Positions 10,601-14,915 of a stretch of DNA of 32,000 nt are shown here, in pieces. Under the pieces are notes generated by a model that worked only from the letters and a program-made list of their open reading frames with translations, made no database searches and was not told where the DNA came from. Source of the stretch: Burkholderia phage vB_BpP_HN04; sequence record PP100844.1, one strand, 5' to 3'. Every line of letters begins with the position of its first letter. Position 1 is the first letter of the stretch. Both the position numbers and the translations under genes were made by a program.

Positions 10601-11957
10601 AACCAAGACCACCGACGAGACCCTGAACAGCCTGATCACCAACACCTTCTGCGAGGTTCTGGTTCACGTTCGAAGTGAGCTGCTTAGCCTTGTTCTGGGA
10701 CAGTTGACCAGTGATCGACTGAAGCGTTTCTTCTGCACCTTCCTTCAGGACGTTACGACCTGCTTCACGCAGCGACGGAACCGAGAACGGATGGGCTTCG
10801 AACTTCGACGCGATGACACCCGTAGCAGCAGCGAGAGGGGTCTGAATAGCAGCAGCCAGAAGACCAGCACGGTTAGCGACAACCGAGCGTGCTTCTTCTT
10901 GCGTTGCACCACCAGCCACGAGTTCGTTGAACATCGGGCTGTTCTTCTTGAGATCAGCAAAGGAAGCACCTTGGATGTCGCCAGCATTCGACTGGTACGC
11001 ACCACCACCTTCTTGCAGACCGATAGCAGCAGGCATCGTCCACTTCGTACCGATGAAGTTGGCGACACGTGCAGCCGACCACGTACCCATGGATGCGTCG
11101 ATAGCCGCTGCTGCTTGGATACCGGCTTGCGTTGCCTTCGGCACTACAGCCGATCCAGCAGAAGCCAAACCACGAGAAAGAGGGCCAGCAGTAAGGATAG
11201 AACCAACACCTTGAGCAGCAATATCTCCGACAAGCTCAGGGCTATCGGCCAAGCGACCGGCAGAATCAAGAGCATCACGACCAACACGCTTGAGACCAGC
11301 CATGAAGCCAGAATCACCAGCAGCTTTATCAGCCTGTTGTTGGGCTTCTCGTACAGGGGTTTGGAGTGCACTGAGGTTCTCGCTGATGTTGCGAGCAGCC
11401 TTCATCTGGGGAGACTGGGTGGACTGCCCGAATTCATTCAGGTCTTGCAGGCTCTTTGCCATAGCAGGGCCAGCACCCGTCATCGGAAGAGTCAAGCCAG
11501 CACCGAGTGCGGCAAGTCCACCGACAGAGTTCGCAAGACCGAGGCCAATACCCGTAACCGTATCAGCAGCCACTTGGCTACCCGAACGGGGAGGTTGGGA
11601 TTGGTCTTGACGAAGTGCACGTGCACCAGCAGCACGGTCAGCCATCATCTGGGATGCCTGATTACCGTACTTGGCGTAAAGAGAGAGGGGATCCATGGTG
11701 GCAGCATCACGCTGACGTTCATCCATGGCAGAAAGACCAACACCAGTCTGACCAGCCAAGGCCGTCTGGTAATTCTGGGAAGTGTTCTGGCCTTGGTTCA
11801 TCATGGCCATTTTCTGATCAGCAGCATTCGCAACATCTGCCTTCTTTTGCTCTGCCGTCAGTGCGACGTTTGCAGTGGAAGGGAGGTAGCTGCTGGCGCT
11901 TGCTGGTTGCGGTGCCGCACCTGCGTACTGGGCCAACAGGTCGAGTGCATTCGACAT
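1659..11957 (-). CDS. Virion-encapsidated giant RNA polymerase (N4 gp50-type vRNAP), 3432 aa
   Basis: One uninterrupted 10.3-kb ORF; ATG 11957 follows AAGGAAACAG. The central region carries single-subunit RNAP motifs in the N4/T7 order: SRVGR (T/DxxGR, 7800-7814, R1386), EADGMTNG (motif A, Asp codon 7416-7418, D1514), RGIAKNPLTITVYG (motif B Rx3Kx7YG, 7062-7103, R1619/K1623/Y1631) and PIFDGVH (motif C, Asp codon 6267-6269, D1897). Their spacing sits within ~50 residues of the N4 mini-vRNAP catalytic residues as I recall them. Confidence 0.93.
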   Translation of the reverse strand: MSNALDLLAQYAGAAPQPASASSYLPSTANVALTAEQKKADVANAADQKMAMMNQGQNTSQNYQTALAGQTGVGLSAMDERQRDAATMDPLSLYAKYGNQASQMMADRAAGARALRQDQSQPPRSGSQVAADTVTGIGLGLANSVGGLAALGAGLTLPMTGAGPAMAKSLQDLNEFGQSTQSPQMKAARNISENLSALQTPVREAQQQADKAAGDSGFMAGLKRVGRDALDSAGRLADSPELVGDIAAQGVGSILTAGPLSRGLASAGSAVVPKATQAGIQAAAAIDASMGTWSAARVANFIGTKWTMPAAIGLQEGGGAYQSNAGDIQGASFADLKKNSPMFNELVAGGATQEEARSVVANRAGLLAAAIQTPLAAATGVIASKFEAHPFSVPSLREAGRNVLKEGAEETLQSITGQLSQNKAKQLTSNVNQNLAEGVGDQAVQGLVGGLGSAGLTQAPGVGAQLAGKAATVGKAATIAATKPLVAGTSALTNWLAARGDKKIAAAKEQSPVSDTNVSQAAATVAQEVPVQADLAKADIQAAPELSPEQKQAAQEHVDALAGAFQFDPASVAGSDVLSRATDGASNQVDALQKMSQFVNDTKNSEEERAHVGAILNQTLNGISEFVQTNPKALEGLPADHPAVQMAHGVADVISSLNESPAIQRAQRTAETLTEKVADNLKPVTDGQAGTTLGDANINNHIAVAENAPLKASPDDVATILKQNKDGKLNLSDAQINALRTAAALLNGAKVQDEETARLGLKPEDVVGKQIKTDDGRGPGQYSALQHARIIRDAVRAGDIEGASAQLADFSKFVQHMQNKVGAINEHLDTAVPGVNSTVHYEALSSSADRGWVKSRNGMFVNTNNERSVALAQRVGVEAQTLTDIHNSLVDAFPQLGGKHMAQAPLDARLTAGNAKQVVESFKSGVQQEAAPVKEETISPKDTKTTVARKSEASDSQQDVTPATTSETAPKVVEQASEVTSDPKATDPAAPKDSIQHVYPGLVVPQGGNKFVEAFRLPKEAKSTTIGTEAPIDTVRADLKAKLPKEVAKEFGRLLDDAGLVVDQLNTQLANFLKKNKVGARFMQGEDVHTWADGKLLNLVEENGGKLTYNPEIIQNSALAAMHWFANSNLYGQIVDRSDVAQMLGMKEADVSDELFNQMSAGMSALEATQSLAQLLPTFWGLQTNNAAPDGYTKGIPLSMAAELLSAMEATGHIEVNTINLSVDGGPKDFVRITVNSIDKENAINQMPSAIADSVGVKTERPVYINTEVPVAKTQMRNQAVQNTAQDMKAIKANQETPYYADSNVYRLYESLGDRLMEMFAAGDIRNTPLNVNHRATLDGQNITTMGALVQLDQTMAEVRRYAEENGIPEDQVPVNYAFNMSRVGRLQQLGKYGPQAAKTAREVLLPNRATLDLTDDADRHAFDLGLAQALGVKIHNMQREAMENKLAAELAKNAPAIEELRKFLNNQDFSADVLIDAVKGQAPVYLHALLEHARSLETNDPQAFVTTKYMEADGMTNGPINAMGLLSRGSFTQGQIDNLAKGGFFFGGTEDQNSQVYRSTVDSKDLYQATTDVLKGNLADLAQTLQGEGSVFNSHFSTLMDMFMSDYDIKDGKLELSRGIAKNPLTITVYGSGAEGIAAKMVEALHTNIYEAMSEALQAQANDSKLSMAEAMFGEGGEAKWAAFNDAVNYLSENTLQQGKKGWYGKKEASEHNPITNFETFTFGKNQKANMTKNMRKLFVDPLRAAINTTVGDSVMGSAEMVRKATQAQSIVLGELFKQAINTKLDEVVAAGRKKTEFLSQNEQAEVLKSLDKYAPMIDSNGQRFFISGSQNSEVQSSVLGKGLDDRFRTPGFVYGPADSGVAGIPFLNIGMGDGKMIQNMYNDPKMPKGTLPIFDGVHFPLDQIRQGSEVANKAVYDSWQGNPLKAVYDSFSKFMDNMTPDMIVEGSDMYNQLNQALNGLGTKETPSPEMLHAQLTLLQNELDLGWKDAEARHKTIDRLNISMDQMAGAGAPYRVTSKESLVGTAEQKLARLNEIYAEERAKLDSKKEAAAPVEKMDLSNLGREDKSGVRVLSYTALGQLAKSNNLDTIQTNLLREIQRSEAAKGYKVLVGTPEQIRAYSPELAAKLDQNTAGFTDTANKVIVSTEGTAENLLHEMVHAATFDKVQSHYNGQSSPVVSQAIGNLETLMDQFRGMEESFSTDSKTYESFRNAQASIEAALNNPAYDVNTRKAAGLNEFMAWGLSNKELAAVTGKTEAKGLVAVAKAAIAAIKQLVWGRKALPEPKPGTDMFSHLLFNSAILMNSEPTLNSQAAQSTLFQSRVFGTDDRLTEVRNTFTRKITDYVKNAPLQVVAKGNVREAVAKAVAVSNEVEAVFPMTMQEAGTFRRIVAAMATEANFDPSVMAKAQEYFAHVAKNLTVEHFLDNPEDSQHTNLFTPANAKFNALLGRTVGQTDASGRSTNLSVFMGLALTNPDARKALAKIGMPGSKKSDATRSPDRLIENIGYGVMDALSRRLTGTKDARTVPAAMDALHDRLMDITQDENSFIQNSSDKAHSFLDNANDRLVEMISEYSEAGIDKLGQLESQSNSNLAKTVYKVGRLTLGLATEQRGKILAEGLNAHLNTTKLHDGLRSIMNDLVGRTESNSSVIDLIKLVKSNIQATRQIYREQVPNIIASKFTRELTEGEWKTLHEGMAKTDIASLLDGNSVEDVRKLLGSQAEIDARINNLEASIQAHDPANWGAKQAKMQQLAKFMVTGEAGHNLLRNSYAISKMFGEKTKNLKVSDRAAQREIDHLVTLYALDQQSASAKTDLASLVGSESDGMDFSLNYLKGLRKDESIRVAETSAALINHYKGWSPENGQQGLSLQVAPDSEHTKWSEMSHKRIGSYKGSSADVVQKKGYYFAPVQGRAAFDQGLFQNVRSTASGVDAVTGYSTQLLAGRITDRNEVAAITRGYANEGQTKEPLLPVYSENGTVVAYERSIDPEMMSKLNPERNLAKSMGQWAGRQVEEVRAKVYNEALIGKLADMYEADIKADSRNENQYEDVFSSKDPVLRDAAKLISGEMRTLIADRFPDGFKVRRDMLNDALGYRQASVGDAWTGNSRWSQETQDTVKRALIGAIGLDAYKVFTNAEKFVKNVVGEAKSTIVVKSVIVPVANAMSNILQLVGRGVPFKTAIGAIPAKTNEINEYVKGRTRIVEAEAELVAATDRNQRTKLQAEIQSINDSFKRMSIAPLIEAGEFSGISHATDMMPDDVKLASGKWRSYVEGLVDRLPEGAKTVGKYAIVSKDTALYTGLQKMVEYGDFLGKAILFDHLTQKKGWSKEKALGQISEEFVNYDRLPGRNRGYLEQMGLLWFMNFKLRSTKQAVSMIRNNPVHTLLASLVPVPHVFGGVGLPTGDNFFSKMANGTLGYAAGPGQLFHAPMLNPWASVIN

Positions 11958-11992
11958 TGCTGTTTCCTTATTAGAAGGGAGTTTGAGGAAGG

Positions 11993-11998
11993 ACTATA
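11993..11998 (-). promoter_or_regulatory. Candidate -10 hexamer (TATAGT on the - strand) in the vRNAP leader, with no convincing -35
   Basis: The - strand reads ...CTTTCTAGGACTTCAGCTATAGTCCTTCCTCAAACTCCCTTCTAATAAGGAAACAGCAATG. TATAGT lies ~35 nt upstream of the ATG, and the hexamer 17 nt further upstream (TTTCTT) is a poor -35. The element also sits inside a 5-bp inverted repeat (GGACT 11991-11995 / AGTCC 12004-12008). Confidence 0.2.
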
Positions 11999-12008
11999 GC
12001 TGAAGTCC

Positions 12009-12027
12009 TAGAAAGAAGAAAGCCCCT
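12009..12027 (-). repeat. Downstream copy of the direct repeat flanking the HNH ORF (- strand AGGGGCTTTCTTCTTTCTA); an orphan terminator 3' half
   Basis: It matches the complement of 12381-12398 except for one substitution and one 1-nt indel. It starts on the last base of the HNH stop codon. No complementary 5' arm is present upstream of it. Confidence 0.7.
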
Positions 12028-12377
12028 CACTCTGATTCAACCGGTTTCTGTGCGTAGTCTCGGAACAGGTGTGTCTTCAGACGATGACAGTTTGCACACA
12101 GCGTCCAGAGGTTGTCGGGATCGTTATTGTCGTGGTTTCCGTCCTTATGGTCGACATCAAATTGACAGGGATACTGTGACGTAAACCCACATTCCTCACA
12201 GGTGTCTTTCACATGCTTACGGTAGACACGGGTTGGAGAGAATTCGCGTTTGTCACAGGGCGAGCACAGGGGTTTGTATTTACCACCACCTCTGTGCTTT
12301 TGAGGATTGTTGTTGCAGAGAACGCACAGGCCACGGACTTCAGGTGGTTCTGGCTTACGGTAACGGATTTGTCGCAT
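12027..12377 (-). CDS. Free-standing HNH endonuclease with zinc-ribbon cysteines (116 aa)
   Basis: The product contains CVLCNNNP...CSPCDK (CxxC...CxxC), then CEECGF...DVDHKDGNHDNNDPDNLWTLCANCHRLKT, a textbook H-N-(N)-H core with flanking CxxC pairs. There is no Shine-Dalgarno sequence, and the ATG lies 13 nt after a terminator hairpin. Confidence 0.85.
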   Translation of the reverse strand: MRQIRYRKPEPPEVRGLCVLCNNNPQKHRGGGKYKPLCSPCDKREFSPTRVYRKHVKDTCEECGFTSQYPCQFDVDHKDGNHDNNDPDNLWTLCANCHRLKTHLFRDYAQKPVESE

Positions 12378-12380
12378 GAT

Positions 12381-12398
12381 TAGAAGTAGAAAGCCCCT
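12381..12398 (-). repeat. Upstream copy of the direct repeat flanking the HNH ORF (- strand AGGGGCTTTCTACTTCTA); the 3' arm plus tail of a real terminator
   Basis: It lies 3 nt upstream of the HNH ATG and overlaps the hairpin at 12391-12418. Confidence 0.7.
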
Positions 12399-12418
12399 AC
12401 GTTGATTCGTAGGGGCTT
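12391..12418 (-). terminator. Intrinsic terminator-like hairpin downstream of the 671-aa gene
   Basis: An 11-bp stem pairs AAGCCCCTACG (12391-12401) with CGTAGGGGCTT (12408-12418) around a 6-nt loop. On the - strand it is followed by TTTCTACTTCTAATC, a moderately T-rich tail. Confidence 0.6.
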
Positions 12419-12423
12419 CGATT

Positions 12424-14439
12424 TTACTTCTTATTGGGTTGGAAGTTTATCGGCAACATAGCCGGGTTCTGCTGAGTCTGTGCCAGTGCCAGAGCAAGTG
12501 CCTGCTGTGCTGCTTGCAGGTTTGCCTGATACGTAGGCAGTCGATCACGTAGAGCCGGTTCAAACTGAGCACGACGGGTAGCTTCCGCAAGCTGAGCAGA
12601 CGCTTGGTTGAAGGCATCTCGTGCACCCTGTACAGCAGCTTGCTGATCCTTGATGCCTTGGTTGTCCAAGGTCTGAACGATCGTATCACCGGACTTGAGG
12701 CCAGCGATATCAGCCTTGATGCCTTCCATGTTGAAACGCTTGCCACCGGCAAGGTTCGACGTGTGTTCTTGGGAAGTCCAGTCACCCGAGAAGAACTGAC
12801 CGAGATTTCGAGCAGCACGACGGAAGCCGATGGCATTCGGACGCCACGACGAGTTGTTGTAGCTGTCGTCAGCTTGATCGATGTTACGAGCCAAGACAGC
12901 AGCAGCCGTAGCAGCGTTGACGTTACCATCACGCATGATCCGATTGAGCTGACCGACAATCACACCTTCCGGCACATTCTGGAGCACAGTCTTACGAAGC
13001 TCCTGTGCAGCTTCCACATTCGAGGCAGTCGAGGGCAGAGTGGTGGTGAGATCAGGAGACACACCTTGGGCCTGATTCTGCGACAGACGGGACTGCATGA
13101 GAGCACCGGCAGCGTTGGCAGCAGTACCCAAGTCACGTTGGTTGGCACGAATCTCCGGGAGACTCTGACCAACTTCACCACCAGCGATGACGTTACGCAT
13201 CTGTTCCCACGGAACATCCTTGTATGCACCCGGAGTCGCATTCGGAAGAGATGCCCACGTCGACTTGAGGTTGCCACCCTTGTTGTCGTCGAAGATAGCC
13301 TTGGCCAGCTTGTCTTGGTTCTCCGGGGTCATCTGGGTGTTCTTCCAGTTCGCACCAAAGACCTTCGGGCCATAGTTCTCCATCGTACCAGCCGTGATCT
13401 GGAAAGCACCCATGGCCGAGCTACCCTTGTCCGTACCTGCCAAGCCGAGGCTTGCATTGTTACGGGTATTCGGGATGAGAGTGTTCTTCCCAAAATTGAT
13501 GGCATCACCCATGCTCATCGAGGTCAGGGGCTGCTGAGGCGTGCCGAATGCCCCATTGCCGATCATGGTGTCGAAAGCATTGCCTCGTGCACCACCTGCA
13601 CCTGCACCACCCGGAGCAACGCCGGACGAACTCGGTGCACCGGCAAACAGAGCACCCCCAGCTTGGGCCGTACCAATCGGGCCAATCGTACCGGGAAACA
13701 TCTGGTTGGCACGACCGAGCAAAGCTTGCAAAGCACCCGGAGACAGGTTGGGAGCCAAGCGAGCAATACCAGCACGCATGTCATCGGCCGTAAGCGAAGT
13801 ACGGGACAGTTCGTTGAAGGCAGCAGCAGCAGCTTGGTTGTCATTGTCCTGACGATAAGCCACTGCATTGTCGAAGCCGGTACGTTGGTTGCCGAGGTCA
13901 CCACGAACCAGACCCTGATTGTTCGATGCAATCTGAGCCTGTTGATCAGGAGTCAACCCCCCGAGAACGCCTTGGTTCTGCGCATATGCGCTCTGCAAGC
14001 CAACACGATCGCCTCGTTGGGCAGCACCAAGCAGTTCTGCAACTGCCGGGCCTGCTGCATCCGTGGCAGCGTTCAGCTTCTGCTGACGGCCAAAGTTGTA
14101 CGCACCCTTGTCCAGTTCCTGTTGGTTCGTTGCTTGGTTGATCAGTTGACCAACACGGGAACCAAGAGCAGCAGCACCATCAGCCGAGATACGCGAGGTG
14201 TTGATGCCATTGAACAACGAACCGTCCACCAGAGCATTCCGGTAGTCGTTCGGATTCTGGAAACGGAGAGCAGCCAACTGTGCAGCAGCGTCAGCCTGTC
14301 GAGTTTGCTCACGGCCAAAGGCACCGATTGCATCCGACAGACCACTAGCTGCACCTGCAAACTGGTTGGCAGCTACACGGGAAGCGTCAACGGCCGTACC
14401 GAGATTCGGTGCGTCTACGTTACGCCAAGTCAAAGCCAT
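12424..14439 (-). CDS. Virion/ejection protein (671 aa) with a central lysozyme- or lytic-transglycosylase-like segment
   Basis: ATG 14439 follows AAGGAG. The N-terminal half is Ala/Gln/Gly-rich. The central GSSAMGAFQITAGTMENYGPKVFGANW...TPENQDKLAKAIFDD (about 13300-13435) resembles the S-x-x-G-x-(Y/F)-Q...T...W signature of phage structural muramidase/SLT-like domains. The gene sits in the block next to the vRNAP gene, where N4-like phages encode internal virion proteins. Confidence 0.6.
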   Translation of the reverse strand: MALTWRNVDAPNLGTAVDASRVAANQFAGAASGLSDAIGAFGREQTRQADAAAQLAALRFQNPNDYRNALVDGSLFNGINTSRISADGAAALGSRVGQLINQATNQQELDKGAYNFGRQQKLNAATDAAGPAVAELLGAAQRGDRVGLQSAYAQNQGVLGGLTPDQQAQIASNNQGLVRGDLGNQRTGFDNAVAYRQDNDNQAAAAAFNELSRTSLTADDMRAGIARLAPNLSPGALQALLGRANQMFPGTIGPIGTAQAGGALFAGAPSSSGVAPGGAGAGGARGNAFDTMIGNGAFGTPQQPLTSMSMGDAINFGKNTLIPNTRNNASLGLAGTDKGSSAMGAFQITAGTMENYGPKVFGANWKNTQMTPENQDKLAKAIFDDNKGGNLKSTWASLPNATPGAYKDVPWEQMRNVIAGGEVGQSLPEIRANQRDLGTAANAAGALMQSRLSQNQAQGVSPDLTTTLPSTASNVEAAQELRKTVLQNVPEGVIVGQLNRIMRDGNVNAATAAAVLARNIDQADDSYNNSSWRPNAIGFRRAARNLGQFFSGDWTSQEHTSNLAGGKRFNMEGIKADIAGLKSGDTIVQTLDNQGIKDQQAAVQGARDAFNQASAQLAEATRRAQFEPALRDRLPTYQANLQAAQQALALALAQTQQNPAMLPINFQPNKK

Positions 14440-14451
14440 AGCACTTTCTCC

Positions 14452-14904
14452 TTATCGCGAGATACGGTTACGATCGACATACGAGGCGATCTGGTCAGCA
14501 GTCTGGCCTTCCGCTGCACCACGTGCACGTGCTCGATCTTCAAGAGCCGTATTGTACGACTTGATCGAGTTGTTCAGGTTCGTATTGGTGATGCCCTTCG
14601 TGAAATCGAACTGATCACGAGCCAGCTTCTGAGCTTGGAAACCACCCCAGAGATTAGCCAGAGAGCCAATGGCACCCAGACCAAGCTGAAGGGTAGGCAT
14701 GTTCAGGCCGAGGCCACCAAAGCTACCGGCACCATTACCGAGAGCACCAGTGGCCCCACCCAGAGGGCCACCACCCAGAGTCGGACTGGCCATGCCATAG
14801 GTATTAAGCGAACCGTACGGTACTGCACCAACGGGGGCACCACCCCCAAAATTGAAGGAATTGGCACCCAACCCCCACTGGTTGTTTTGACCGAAGTCGT
14901 ACAT
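14452..14904 (-). CDS. Glycine-rich small virion-associated protein (150 aa), function unknown
   Basis: ATG 14904 follows GGAG. The N-terminal ~90 aa are Gly/Ala/Leu/Asn-rich (GGGAPVGAVPYG, LGGGPLGGATGALGNGAGSFGGLGL). The gene is tightly packed between structural genes. Confidence 0.6.
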   Translation of the reverse strand: MYDFGQNNQWGLGANSFNFGGGAPVGAVPYGSLNTYGMASPTLGGGPLGGATGALGNGAGSFGGLGLNMPTLQLGLGAIGSLANLWGGFQAQKLARDQFDFTKGITNTNLNNSIKSYNTALEDRARARGAAEGQTADQIASYVDRNRISR

Positions 14905-14915
14905 AAAATCTCCGT

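Noticed and set aside
1656-11999. Very long + strand ORFs opposite the vRNAP gene (398, 543, 1317 and 661 aa at 1656-2852, 2937-4568, 5658-9611 and 10014-11999).
   Set aside because: They lie exactly antisense to a gene with unmistakable polymerase motifs. Their translations are Arg/Leu/Val/His/Ser/Thr-rich with no motifs, and they lack SD sequences. The sense gene avoids TTA/CTA/TCA codons, which removes stops from the codon-aligned antisense frame, so these are shadow ORFs from codon bias.
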